Positions 19,567 through 29,699 of a DNA stretch of 64,000 nt are shown here, in pieces (position 1 is the first letter of the stretch; each line of letters begins with the position of its first letter). A program made the translations under genes and the position numbers. The notes under the pieces were generated by a model that made no database searches, had not been told where the DNA came from, and saw only the letters and a list, made by a program, of their open reading frames with translations. The DNA is from Candidatus Hydrogenedens sp. (GTDB lineage Bacteria > Hydrogenedentota > Hydrogenedentia > Hydrogenedentales > Hydrogenedentaceae), in the NCBI GenBank assembly GCA_049968235.1, contig JBMFRC010000003.1, forward strand, positions 192,001 to 256,000. The letters are read 5' to 3'.

Positions 19567-20820
19567 GTGGATATGAATAAATTAACATTAAAAGATATTG
19601 ATGTCCGTGGTAAGCGTGTTCTTATGCGGGTAGATTTCAATGTTCCGCAGAATGAAGACGGCTCTGTCCGTGATGATACCCGTATTCGCGCCGCTTTACC
19701 CAGCATTCAGTATGTTCGTGAGAACGGTGGAAAATTAATCCTGATGTCACATTTAGGAAGACCGAAGGACTATATTAAAGCAGGAGATACCGAAGGCTTA
19801 AAGAAATTGAAGTTAGATCCCGTTGCAGACCGTTTGCGTGAGTTAATAGGTGGTAATGTGAAGAAGGTTGACCAGGTAGTCGGTCCCGAGGTTGAGAAAG
19901 CAGTAGCGGAAATGCAACCGGGTGATATTGTATTACTTGAAAACACACGATTTGAAAAAGGTGAAGAGAAAAACGACCCGGAACTTTCCCAGCAATTGGC
20001 GAAGTTAGGGGATGTTTATGTAAGCGATGCCTTTGGTACCGTGCACCGTGCTCATGCTTCTACCGAAGGTGTAACGAAGTTTATGCCTGTAAGTGTTGCA
20101 GGTTTTCTGGTAGCCAAAGAAATTGAATACTTTGAAAAAGTATTAAAGAATCCGGAACATCCTCTGGTGGCGATATTAGGTGGCAAGAAGGTAAATGACA
20201 AGATTAAGGTCATTGAGAACCTGCTCAACCTGGTAGATGTTCTGATTATTGGTGGTGGTATGTCTTATACCTTCTTGAAAGCCATGGGCTATGAAATTGG
20301 CGATTCGCTTTTAGATAAGGAAGGAATTGAATTTGCTAAAAATGCAATGGAAAAAGCCAGAGAACGCAATATTCCTTTATTATTACCGGAAGACATTGTC
20401 GTTGCTAACCGTTTTGCCGTAGATGCAGATACGAAGGTTGTTCCCGCAGATGGAATAGAACCCGGCTGGATGGGTATGGACATTGGTCCGAAGACAATCG
20501 AAAATTTCTGCGATGAAATTCGTAAGGCAAAGATGGTGGTTTGGAACGGACCCGTCGGTGTTTTTGAAATGGAGCCTTTTGCAAAGGGTTCTCGGGCGAT
20601 TGCAGAATGCCTTGCCAATAGCGATGCGATTAGTGTTATCGGTGGTGGTGATACCGCAGCAGCCATTGAAGCCTTTGGTTTAACAGATAAGATGTCCCAT
20701 GTATCCACCGGTGGCGGTGCATCTCTCGAAATGTTAGAAGGGAAACAATTACCCGGTGTAGTTGCCCTTACAGATATTGATGCAGTCTCCGGATGTGGTT
20801 GTGGATGCACTTGCTGTTAA
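19567..20820 (+). CDS. pgk: Phosphoglycerate kinase with an unusual Cys-rich C-terminal tail (SGCGCGCTCC)
   Basis: PGK-like over its full length; it follows gap with a 48-bp gap. The last 10 codons encode GCGCGCTCC. Confidence 0.9.
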   Translation: MDMNKLTLKDIDVRGKRVLMRVDFNVPQNEDGSVRDDTRIRAALPSIQYVRENGGKLILMSHLGRPKDYIKAGDTEGLKKLKLDPVADRLRELIGGNVKKVDQVVGPEVEKAVAEMQPGDIVLLENTRFEKGEEKNDPELSQQLAKLGDVYVSDAFGTVHRAHASTEGVTKFMPVSVAGFLVAKEIEYFEKVLKNPEHPLVAILGGKKVNDKIKVIENLLNLVDVLIIGGGMSYTFLKAMGYEIGDSLLDKEGIEFAKNAMEKARERNIPLLLPEDIVVANRFAVDADTKVVPADGIEPGWMGMDIGPKTIENFCDEIRKAKMVVWNGPVGVFEMEPFAKGSRAIAECLANSDAISVIGGGDTAAAIEAFGLTDKMSHVSTGGGASLEMLEGKQLPGVVALTDIDAVSGCGCGCTCC

Positions 20821-20888
20821 ATCGCTTTTTGAGATAGGACAACTTTTAAGTTTATAATAGAAATGTAAATTTAACTACCCAGCACCTG

Positions 20889-20913
20889 GAGAGGGGAGAT
20901 GTGAACCCCTCTC
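20889..20913 (+). promoter_or_regulatory. 8-bp stem hairpin in the rpsO leader, a candidate S15 autoregulatory or terminator structure
   Basis: gagagggg-agatgtgaa-cccctctc, ~30 nt upstream of the rpsO start and downstream of pgk. Confidence 0.25.
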
Positions 20914-20941
20914 TAAGGTTGGGCGAATGAAAGGAAAAAAT

Positions 20942-21211
20942 ATGGCTTTAACAAAGGAGAAAAAGCAAGAACTTATTCAGGAATTTGCACGAACCAATGA
21001 AGATACGGGTTCTCCTGAAGTGCAGGTAGCAATTCTCACGGAAAGAATTCGCGAGCTCACAGAACACTTGAAAAAGCATAAGAAGGATTTTGCAAGCCGT
21101 CGTGGTTTACTGCAAATGGTAGGGAAACGGCGTTCTTTATTAGCATACCTTCGCAAGAGTGATTTTGAACGCTATCAGGCTCTCATTGATAAACTTAATC
21201 TTAGAAAATAA
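20942..21211 (+). CDS. rpsO: 30S ribosomal protein S15
   Basis: [15 protein letters not shown]...[16 protein letters not shown]. The start was taken at the internal ATG of the tracked ORF. Confidence 0.9.
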   Translation: MALTKEKKQELIQEFARTNEDTGSPEVQVAILTERIRELTEHLKKHKKDFASRRGLLQMVGKRRSLLAYLRKSDFERYQALIDKLNLRK

Positions 21212-21249
21212 CAATCATAATTCACGCCTAAATGTAAAGAAAATTAAAT

Positions 21250-23493
21250 ATGGTAGAAAGAATTTCAGTAACAATCGGTACCAAAGAAGTTTCATTTGAA
21301 ACGGGGAAAATAGCAAAGCAGGCACAGGGGGCTGTAATATGCCAATGTGGTGATACGATGGTGCTATCCACTGCTTGTGTGGACCTGAACACGAAATTGG
21401 ATGTGGACTTTTTCCCGCTGACTGTTGATTATCGCGAAAAATTTTATTCCGTCGGTCAAATTCCCGGCAACTTTTTCCGTCGGGAGTCCAAACCTTCGGA
21501 GCGTGAAGTTCTCGTATCGCGATTGACAGACCGTCCTTTAAGACCTTTATTCCCCAAGTCTTTCAAGAACGAAGTTCAGGTATGTCAAACGGTCCTGTCC
21601 GCAGATAATGTTCATGACCCGGATGTATTGTCCATTAACGCTGCTTCTGCGGCACTCCATATTTCGCCTATACCATTTTTAGAGCCTATTGGTGCGGTTC
21701 GTATCGGTTATATTGATGACAATTTTGTTGTAAATCCCACCATTGCGGAAATGAAAAACAGTCTAATTGATATTGTAGTTGCAGGGACAGAAAGCGCCAT
21801 TTGCATGGTGGAAGGTATGGCGAAGGAAGTTTCAGAACAATTAATGATAGAAGCCCTTGAATTTGGTCATATCTGGATAAAAAAACTGGTTTCCGCTATT
21901 GAAGAGTTACGAAGTAAATGTGGTAAGGAAAAATTACATGTTGAAGAGCCTGTTAAGAACGAAGCGTTAGAACAAGAAATTCAGCAATGGCTTTCCGGAA
22001 AAATGGAAGGTGTCTTATTCCAGACTGTAAAGCAGGAACGTAGGGAAGGGATTAGCAAACTTAAAGAAGAATTGCTTGCTTTTTTAAAAGAAAAATATGG
22101 GGAAGAACAATATCCTGAAATAGAAATACAAGCAAAAGAAATTTATGAAGAAATGGTTCGTAATACATTGCGGGGACGGGTTATTAAAGAAAATCTTCGT
22201 GTAGATGGTCGTAAACTGGACGAGATTCGTCCTATCAGTATAGAAGTGGGGGTTCTCCCGCGTGCTCATGGTTCCGCATTGTTTACAAGAGGCGAAACTC
22301 AGGCTTTAGTAACAACGACATTGGGAACCAGTCAAGATGAACAGCGGTTGGATGAACTAACCGGTGATTCGATGAGTCGTTTCTTCTTGCATTACAATTT
22401 CCCGCCATGGTCTGTAGGGGAAGTGGGACGATTAGGTGCACCTGGAAGACGCGAAGTCGGGCATGGAAAATTAGCGGAACGTGCTCTAACATGTGTTCTT
22501 CCATTCGACCCGAACGATTCCACCGTTGTAACGGACCCGACAACATGTTTCCCTTATGTCGTTCGTGTAGTATCCGACATAACCGAAAGCAATGGTTCGA
22601 GTTCAATGGCATCTGTTTGTGGTGGGTCATTAAGTTTAATGGATGCAGGTGTCCCCATTAAGTCTCATGTGGCAGGAATTGCTATGGGCTTAATCAAAGA
22701 AGGGGAAGAATTTCGTGTCCTGACGGATATCTTAGGAGATGAAGACCATCTCGGAGATATGGATTTTAAAGTCTGTGGTACCCGTAAAGGAATTACTGCG
22801 TTCCAGATGGATACAAAGATTAAAGGTGTTCCTCGTTCTGTTATGGAGCAAGCCCTTGAACAGGCACGACAGGGACGCTTGTTTATATTAGATAAAATGG
22901 AAGCAGTTCTACCTCAACCACGCCCAGAAATTTCTCCGTATGCTCCACGAATATATACCATCAAAATTGACCCGGATAAAATCCGTGAGGTTATTGGTCC
23001 CGGAGGAAAAGTTATTCGTGATATACAGATGAAAACAGGGACAGAGATTACTATCCAGAACGATGGGACAGTATTGATTGCTGCGGTTGATAGCGAGAGT
23101 GCGGCCAAAGCAACCGCGATGGTATCGGGTATTACCGCAGAAGTTGAGGTTGGAAAAATCTATCATGGAAAAGTTACACGAGTTATGAACTTCGGTGCCT
23201 TTGTCAGCATACTGGGAAATCGAGAAGGTCTCGTGCATGTATCCGAATTGGCTCCCCACCGTGTCCAGGAAGTTACAGATGAAGTGAATATAGGTGATGA
23301 GATAGATGTGAAAGTAATTGAAGTAGATAAATTTGGTCGTATCAATCTTTCCAAAGTTCAGGCGGATATGGAAATGGGAAAAATTCCCAATGCACCGAGG
23401 AATAAAAGTAATCATTCCCAACCGCATTATGAAAGAAAGGACCGGGGGGGAAGGAATTTCAATCGTAACGACTCCAATAGACATCGGCGTTAA
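21250..23493 (+). CDS. pnp: Polynucleotide phosphorylase
   Basis: Two RNase PH domains followed by KH and S1 domains. The rpsO-pnp synteny is conserved. Confidence 0.95.
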   Translation: MVERISVTIGTKEVSFETGKIAKQAQGAVICQCGDTMVLSTACVDLNTKLDVDFFPLTVDYREKFYSVGQIPGNFFRRESKPSEREVLVSRLTDRPLRPLFPKSFKNEVQVCQTVLSADNVHDPDVLSINAASAALHISPIPFLEPIGAVRIGYIDDNFVVNPTIAEMKNSLIDIVVAGTESAICMVEGMAKEVSEQLMIEALEFGHIWIKKLVSAIEELRSKCGKEKLHVEEPVKNEALEQEIQQWLSGKMEGVLFQTVKQERREGISKLKEELLAFLKEKYGEEQYPEIEIQAKEIYEEMVRNTLRGRVIKENLRVDGRKLDEIRPISIEVGVLPRAHGSALFTRGETQALVTTTLGTSQDEQRLDELTGDSMSRFFLHYNFPPWSVGEVGRLGAPGRREVGHGKLAERALTCVLPFDPNDSTVVTDPTTCFPYVVRVVSDITESNGSSSMASVCGGSLSLMDAGVPIKSHVAGIAMGLIKEGEEFRVLTDILGDEDHLGDMDFKVCGTRKGITAFQMDTKIKGVPRSVMEQALEQARQGRLFILDKMEAVLPQPRPEISPYAPRIYTIKIDPDKIREVIGPGGKVIRDIQMKTGTEITIQNDGTVLIAAVDSESAAKATAMVSGITAEVEVGKIYHGKVTRVMNFGAFVSILGNREGLVHVSELAPHRVQEVTDEVNIGDEIDVKVIEVDKFGRINLSKVQADMEMGKIPNAPRNKSNHSQPHYERKDRGGRNFNRNDSNRHRR

Positions 23494-23534
23494 TTCATAT
23501 AGCAGAAATATCTTATCATCAATAAAATAGTTCC

Positions 23535-24845
23535 ATGAAACATTTTAAAAGGGCAAAGCATCCCATAACCCCTTCATTAGAGGAAAATATCAATTCCTAT
23601 TCATTACCCAATGGTATCCGGGTATTTACGAAAAGTATTCCGTACTTATTTTCCGTAAATTTAGGTGTATGGGTGCCTGTGGGTTCCGCATCAGAACCCG
23701 AAGGTAAAGAGGGATTGGCTCATTTTTTAGAACATCTTTTCTTTAAAGGCACAAAAACAAGAAGCACTCGCGATATTATGGAAGCAATTGAATGTAAAGG
23801 AGGACAGATTAACGCCTTTACAACACAGGAATATACCTGCTTCTACATTAAAACGCTGACAGAATATTTATCGCTCGCCATTGAAATTTTATCGGATATC
23901 TTAAAGAATTCAACTTTCAAAGAGATAGACAAAGAACGGAATGTTATCCTTGAAGAAATATCTTTATTGGAAGACACACCGGAAGATATAATTTTAGACC
24001 TATTTCACCAATTTGTATGGCAAAAGCATCCCCTTTCACGACCCATATTAGGAACCATTTGTTCTATAAAACACCTGACACGACAGGATATTATCTCGTT
24101 TTATAGAAAAGTTTACTCCGCACAGAATATAATAATCACAGCGGTTGGAAATTTTAAAGAGCAAGAACTTCTCCATACTTTCCAATACTGGTTTCAGGAC
24201 TTTCCAAAAAAGAACCTGAGAAAGGAAATAGAACACAAGCCAATATTTCATACCGGTGTAAAACATCATTCACGCGATATATCACAAATGCATTTCTGTT
24301 TGGGTTATCCTGCATCATCGATAACGGATCAAGAGCGATTTGTCTGTGAATTAGCAAGTAATATATTAGGAGGGGGCTCTACTTCTCGACTTTTTTATCG
24401 TATTCGCGAGCAGGAAGGGCTTGCATACAATATATTTTCTTTCCACGACCTATTCCGGCAGGCAGGGACTTTCGGTGTATATGCAGGTGTGGCACCGGAG
24501 AATTTCAGGGATGTAGTCCATATTATCCTGAATGAGATAAAAAAATTGCATGATACACCTATTACAGAAGCAGAACTTGATTTATATCGTCAGGAGCTCA
24601 AAGGTGAATTGCTCATGGCTCATGAACATGCGGAAACACACATGACGCGTATTGGTAAAAGCATCATTTATCATAATCGTATTCTCTCCATCAAAGAAAT
24701 CCTTTCTGCCCTTGACCTGATTACTCCCTTACAGATTTGTCAATTCTTCCGTAAGTATTGCACATTCAATAATATTGCTCTGGTGTCATTAGGTCCTGCA
24801 AAATATAAGCTATCTGTTAAAGATATTCGAAGAGAATTACTCTGA
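23535..24845 (+). CDS. M16 family zinc peptidase (insulinase-like)
   Basis: HFLEHLFFKGT (inverted HxxEH zinc motif). The pnp-M16 peptidase arrangement is a conserved neighbourhood. Confidence 0.8.
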   Translation: MKHFKRAKHPITPSLEENINSYSLPNGIRVFTKSIPYLFSVNLGVWVPVGSASEPEGKEGLAHFLEHLFFKGTKTRSTRDIMEAIECKGGQINAFTTQEYTCFYIKTLTEYLSLAIEILSDILKNSTFKEIDKERNVILEEISLLEDTPEDIILDLFHQFVWQKHPLSRPILGTICSIKHLTRQDIISFYRKVYSAQNIIITAVGNFKEQELLHTFQYWFQDFPKKNLRKEIEHKPIFHTGVKHHSRDISQMHFCLGYPASSITDQERFVCELASNILGGGSTSRLFYRIREQEGLAYNIFSFHDLFRQAGTFGVYAGVAPENFRDVVHIILNEIKKLHDTPITEAELDLYRQELKGELLMAHEHAETHMTRIGKSIIYHNRILSIKEILSALDLITPLQICQFFRKYCTFNNIALVSLGPAKYKLSVKDIRRELL

Positions 24846-25096
24846 TAAATATCTATTCTAAAAACTGTCTGGGTAAGGCTTTCTATTTATTTTTTTATAG
24901 GAGCGATGAGGGTAAGGCAGACCTGTCTGATATGTGTATTCCTCTTTTTTAGTTACTATCATCGGTCTCTTCAGTTCGTCTGGGTTAATATGAAAAGTTG
25001 AAAGGTTACTTCTCCTATAAAATAAAAGAGTGTATAATTATGTTAAAAGAAAAAAAGGTATGAAACGGATAATCTGAATTGGAGGATTAAGAACAT

Positions 25097-25753
25097 TTGA
25101 GAATACATCAGCATGTAAACCCGCTGAATAAAAAATATCTTGTTGTTCCACCGATGCCCCAATGGTCGAATGTTTATAAGGAACCTTTTCTTCCCCTTCA
25201 TCTTGATTTAGGTTCTGCGAGTGGTAAATTCTTGCTCCAAATGGCACAAAAGAATAGGGATTGGAATTATTTAGGATTGGAGATACGTGAACCGTTGGTA
25301 GAACGAGCCAATCGCTGGAAAGATGAGTTAAGACTTACCAATCTTTACTTCTTTTTTGGGCATACGCATGTTGTTTTACATCCTCTTCTTGAAAGTTTAC
25401 CTGTTGGCGTATTGCACTATGTAAGTATTAACTTTCCAGACCCGTGGTTCAAGAGACGCCACCATAAACGGAGATTGGTTACGCCAGAACTGGTTCAGAT
25501 ATTGGCAAAATATTTACAGCCTGAGGGAAAGGTATTTATTCAAACCGATGTTGAAGAGTTAAGTAAGAATATTTGTGATGCCTTTGTAAATAGTTCTCAT
25601 TTCCGAATTGTAAATACACCGACAGAACAAAATCCTTTTGGTATCCCGACAGAACGAGAAATGTCTGTGGCACGATTAGGTCGTTATATATATAGAACTG
25701 TATTGGAACGGAAAATTGAAATTTTGAAAGAAATCAATCCAAACAACAATTAG
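25097..25753 (+). CDS. trmB: tRNA (guanine46-N7)-methyltransferase
   Basis: LDLGSASGKFLL SAM-binding motif plus VSINFPDPWFKRRHHKRRL. TTG start. Confidence 0.8.
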   Translation: MRIHQHVNPLNKKYLVVPPMPQWSNVYKEPFLPLHLDLGSASGKFLLQMAQKNRDWNYLGLEIREPLVERANRWKDELRLTNLYFFFGHTHVVLHPLLESLPVGVLHYVSINFPDPWFKRRHHKRRLVTPELVQILAKYLQPEGKVFIQTDVEELSKNICDAFVNSSHFRIVNTPTEQNPFGIPTEREMSVARLGRYIYRTVLERKIEILKEINPNNN

Positions 25754-25762
25754 GACATAAAT

Positions 25763-28063
25763 ATGACCATGCGAGGATATTTTATCCCTTTAATTTTTCT
25801 CTTATCCTTTACAGCAATTCTTCCTTCTTTTGCAGGCGAGAAAATTAAATATCAATTAACAATTAAGAGAGTTGGTGATGAAGGGATTGTAAATCCTGGA
25901 ATTGGGACTTTCTACTATGATGCAGGGACCACTGTTTTTCTCAACGCTATTCCGACTGCAGACTGGGCATTTGACCACTGGGAAGGTGCTGTTTCAGGGA
26001 CAGACTTATTTACTCAAGTGCTGATGGACAAACCAAGGACAGTTACCGCTGTTTTTGTACCAGCACAATGGAGGCTGACCATTGAGCATAGTGGGAATGC
26101 TACCGGTACAACTTTCCCTGCTCCCGGGGTCTATGGATTTTTAGATGGTAGAACGGTAGGAGTTAGCTCTGGCACTTCGCCGGGTGTATATTTTGGAGGC
26201 TGGAGGGGTGATGTGATAAGTAATGAAGAATTTGTACAGGTGGTTATGAATTCTGACAAATATATAAATGCACGATTCACGGATACAGGGTATACCCTTA
26301 GTATAAGTGTAATTGGTCCGGGAGGAACAACCCCCTGGCAAGGGACAGTGCATCGGTATTCAGAAGGATTATCTATATCTGTTGTATCTTATTCAACAAA
26401 TCCTTTATGGCGGTTTGACCATTGGGAAGGTGATATAGGCGATAACGAATCACGATATTATATCCTGTTGCAACTAACTATGGACCAGGACCGAAATATC
26501 ACCGCGGTATTCATTGAGAAGCCATATTATAACCTTACATTGGAAATCGTTGGCGAAGGAGGTGTTTCTTTTCAACAGGGCTTTGATGACCCCGTAACTC
26601 TATCCACAGGTATCCATGAATTTAGCATTATTGAGTGGACCTATATTCGATGTGAAAAAATAATCACTTCACCCACATGGAAATTTCTCCACTGGGAAGG
26701 AGATTTTGGTGATACATTGCCTACCTATTATCGATGTGCTTTCTCTATGGACAAAAACCGTTATGTCCGTTGCATTTTTACCAATTTGACACAGGTCCCT
26801 GATGTTATAGGAACACCTCAAAATATCGCAGAAACGACCATTATAAATGGAGATTTGATAGTCGGTAACATTACAGAAATATGTAATGATAATTATGTAT
26901 CAGGATATGTAATAGACCAATATCCACCTGCAGGGACTACTGTAGAAATAGGAAATTCTGTATCACTCTGGGTTTCCACAGGACCTTGTCCTGTATCAGT
27001 GCCAAATCTTATCGGATTAACCATAGAAGAGGCAGAGAATGCAATAAATAGTGCCGGCTTAACGCTGGGTAATGTGATGAACTCGTGTAATGATGAAATT
27101 GGGATGGGAATAGTATTTGGTCAAAATCCATTAGCGGGAGAGCAATTATTCCCCGGTAGTTCTGTAAATATTGAGGTATCTTCAGGACCCTGCCCGGCGG
27201 AAGGGATTATAGAAGGTGAAGGGATGGAGGAAGGTATGCCCGAAGGAGAAGGGACACCCGAAGGAGAGGTATGCGTCTGGATGGGAGCTTGTCCTAACTT
27301 TAGTTATGAAGGAATAAAAATGGGATATTTTGTCGGACAATTATGGAATAACTGCGATATTAATCAATCCGAAATCCCCGATGCATGGGAGATAGAAATT
27401 GTTAAGTATTTGCTGTGCAATCCTCAGGGAATATGGGAGGATAAATTTATTTGTAAATTTATTGAAAATTATAATATTCTGGCAACGGAGTCTTTATTCC
27501 ATACAACTTATTATTCCTTCCGGCATATTTTAACAGGACTTCTTACTATAGGAACCAATATGGATATTTTAAGAAACACTTTCTTTCTAACCAAAAACTA
27601 TTATCCATTTGAATATCCATCGGATAATTTCCCGTTATTGCCGGATGCGGATATTGATAATGATGAATTAACTAATTATGAGGAATACCTCAGGGTAGTC
27701 GAACTTAACGGAAGTAACAATGCATTTATTCGGAACATTTTCAATCCTTCGCCTGTTCCTCCCATTCACTCCGCAGATATAAATCAGAACCATAGAATAG
27801 AGTTGACAGAACTACTTCGCATTATTCAATTCTTTAATTCTTCAGGATTCCACTGTGAAAATGGGACAGAAGATGGTTATGCGCCGGGTTATGACGAGAG
27901 TTTCGATTTTTCATGTGAACAACACACGGCGGATTATTTGCCCCACGATTGGCATATTAGCCTTGAAGAAATTCTAAGGATGGTTCAGTTTTTCAACGCA
28001 GATGGCTATCAGATGTGTCCCTTTATTTCTGAAGATAGTTACTGTCCTATTTTCTCTGAGTAA
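25763..28063 (+). CDS. Secreted multi-repeat protein: four InlB B-repeat-like domains, two PASTA-like domains, an acidic Gly/Glu/Pro linker and a degenerate dockerin-like C-terminus
   Basis: Signal peptide. Repeats of Y.LT....G.G...P..G...Y..G..V.L.A.P...W.F.HWEGD...AVF. Two V.N.IG.T..EA...G...G.....S..P.AG domains each end in SxGPCP. DINQNHRIELTELLRIIQFFN resembles a dockerin. Confidence 0.55.
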   Translation: MTMRGYFIPLIFLLSFTAILPSFAGEKIKYQLTIKRVGDEGIVNPGIGTFYYDAGTTVFLNAIPTADWAFDHWEGAVSGTDLFTQVLMDKPRTVTAVFVPAQWRLTIEHSGNATGTTFPAPGVYGFLDGRTVGVSSGTSPGVYFGGWRGDVISNEEFVQVVMNSDKYINARFTDTGYTLSISVIGPGGTTPWQGTVHRYSEGLSISVVSYSTNPLWRFDHWEGDIGDNESRYYILLQLTMDQDRNITAVFIEKPYYNLTLEIVGEGGVSFQQGFDDPVTLSTGIHEFSIIEWTYIRCEKIITSPTWKFLHWEGDFGDTLPTYYRCAFSMDKNRYVRCIFTNLTQVPDVIGTPQNIAETTIINGDLIVGNITEICNDNYVSGYVIDQYPPAGTTVEIGNSVSLWVSTGPCPVSVPNLIGLTIEEAENAINSAGLTLGNVMNSCNDEIGMGIVFGQNPLAGEQLFPGSSVNIEVSSGPCPAEGIIEGEGMEEGMPEGEGTPEGEVCVWMGACPNFSYEGIKMGYFVGQLWNNCDINQSEIPDAWEIEIVKYLLCNPQGIWEDKFICKFIENYNILATESLFHTTYYSFRHILTGLLTIGTNMDILRNTFFLTKNYYPFEYPSDNFPLLPDADIDNDELTNYEEYLRVVELNGSNNAFIRNIFNPSPVPPIHSADINQNHRIELTELLRIIQFFNSSGFHCENGTEDGYAPGYDESFDFSCEQHTADYLPHDWHISLEEILRMVQFFNADGYQMCPFISEDSYCPIFSE

Positions 28064-28159
28064 TTTTACAAATTGTGAAATAAACGGTTCTTCTTCTACA
28101 ATATCTCATACACATAAGAAAGTAATTCACTTATAACATATCCGTAGAGAACCTTTTTT

Positions 28160-29320
28160 ATGAAGAATAAACTGCTTTTTTTATGCTTATTTATTTCCCT
28201 GATAAATATGCAGTCCGCTATTCACGCGGAAGTGATTTTTGAAAAAGATTTCAAAACAAGTAGTATTCCTGAAACAAAAATTATCCGTTACAGAGTACTA
28301 AGTCATAATGACGAAAAAAAGGGCTATACTTTTTCATTTCTGGGGAAAGTTCTGAAAGGACAGGTTACTATTCAGATTGAAGATACTGAGAAAAACATTA
28401 TTGAAAAAAGGGAAATTCCCGCTTTTTCTTTACTACACTGGCATTTTACATTGTCCGAAGAAAAAGGACTGGATAATATTTATATATCCTTACACCTAAA
28501 GGATATGGTTGGAAATATTTACTCCGTAGTTGTTCCCACTATACAAAGCCAGCAGGTTTACATTGTTCAGGGGATAGTCGTATCTATGAACCTCCTTTTA
28601 TTTTTCGCATGTATATATATCATCAGAAGAAAATCCCTTTATCTCTCATGGTGGGGTTGGGGAATACTGCTTGGGATTTCTGCAAAGGTTCTCTTTTATA
28701 TTGTTGATTATATTGACTTTTTACCCACCACACTATTAATCAATTCTACAACCCTTGAAGATGACCTTTCGGATTATCTTTTCTCTATCTATATCTCTTT
28801 ACGGGAAACGGCTATCCTTTTCTTGATATTAGGCTTCTTCTCAAGCAGGTTATTATCGTTAGAACATAAAAAACAAATGGCTATAAGCATTTCTCTGGGT
28901 ATTGCTCTTATATTCTTAACTTTCACCATTTTTGAGGGAGTATTACGAACATTTCAAATTATGCCATCATTAAATATATCTCCCTATTCCCTGGCTCTCT
29001 TTTCTGTGCAGATAGCACGAACACCCTTTTATTACTTCCTCATTCCATTAAAAAATATAATTCTATTGATATTATGGTTTAGTGCTTTTTATCTAGCACT
29101 ATCCGGTGCAATACAGGCAGAAAGAAGAACGGTAATTCGCGGAATATTAATATTTATCTTCACAGAAGCAGTGCTCGTCTATTTTGAAAATTCCTATTTC
29201 ATCTATCATAACTCCAGTTGGTGGGTTGTAGTTTCGGTATTAGTAATTAGTTTTTTCCCTGTGTTCATTTACAAATTCAAAACGTTTATATACGCCGAAC
29301 CATCTCCCATCAAAAAATAA
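28160..29320 (+). CDS. Membrane protein with an N-terminal periplasmic domain followed by 7-8 TM helices (7TM-DISM-like) and no recognisable output domain
   Basis: Signal peptide, a ~140-aa soluble domain, then multiple hydrophobic helices. Confidence 0.4.
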   Translation: MKNKLLFLCLFISLINMQSAIHAEVIFEKDFKTSSIPETKIIRYRVLSHNDEKKGYTFSFLGKVLKGQVTIQIEDTEKNIIEKREIPAFSLLHWHFTLSEEKGLDNIYISLHLKDMVGNIYSVVVPTIQSQQVYIVQGIVVSMNLLLFFACIYIIRRKSLYLSWWGWGILLGISAKVLFYIVDYIDFLPTTLLINSTTLEDDLSDYLFSIYISLRETAILFLILGFFSSRLLSLEHKKQMAISISLGIALIFLTFTIFEGVLRTFQIMPSLNISPYSLALFSVQIARTPFYYFLIPLKNIILLILWFSAFYLALSGAIQAERRTVIRGILIFIFTEAVLVYFENSYFIYHNSSWWVVVSVLVISFFPVFIYKFKTFIYAEPSPIKK

Positions 29321-29464
29321 ATCATCTTATACCCGACAAATTTCATATGAGACCTCTGAATAAGTCATCCGAGTTAGGTAGTATATAAGAAGGGGATGAG
29401 AGGAAAGATGAAACGAGAAGAGAAACTATTGAGGGTTGAATAACAAAGGAAGGAAAAACTAAAA

Positions 29465-29698
29465 ATGAAGAAAGGTCTACACAGTATGGTAAAAAAGATA
29501 GAGCAAACAAGTTTTATAGATTACAAGATATCCCATCAAAGACAGCCCCGTCGTAGATGCTTTTTGAAACAGATGCAAGAGGTGATACGATGGATGGAAT
29601 TTGAGCAGAGCTGCATAGAGAAAGGAGTATATAAATCGAATGGGCTAGAGCGAAGGCTTCCGTCTTTACTATTTTGTGCATTGTTGAGCAGTGAGTGA
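29465..29698 (+). pseudogene. IS5-family (InsH-like, DUF772) transposase N-terminal fragment, truncated after ~77 codons
   Basis: SFIDYKISHQRQPRRRCFLKQMQEVIRWMEFEQSCIEKGVYKSNGLERRLPS aligns with E. coli InsH [51 protein letters not shown]. There is no DDE domain downstream in any frame. Confidence 0.6.
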
Positions 29699-29699
29699 T

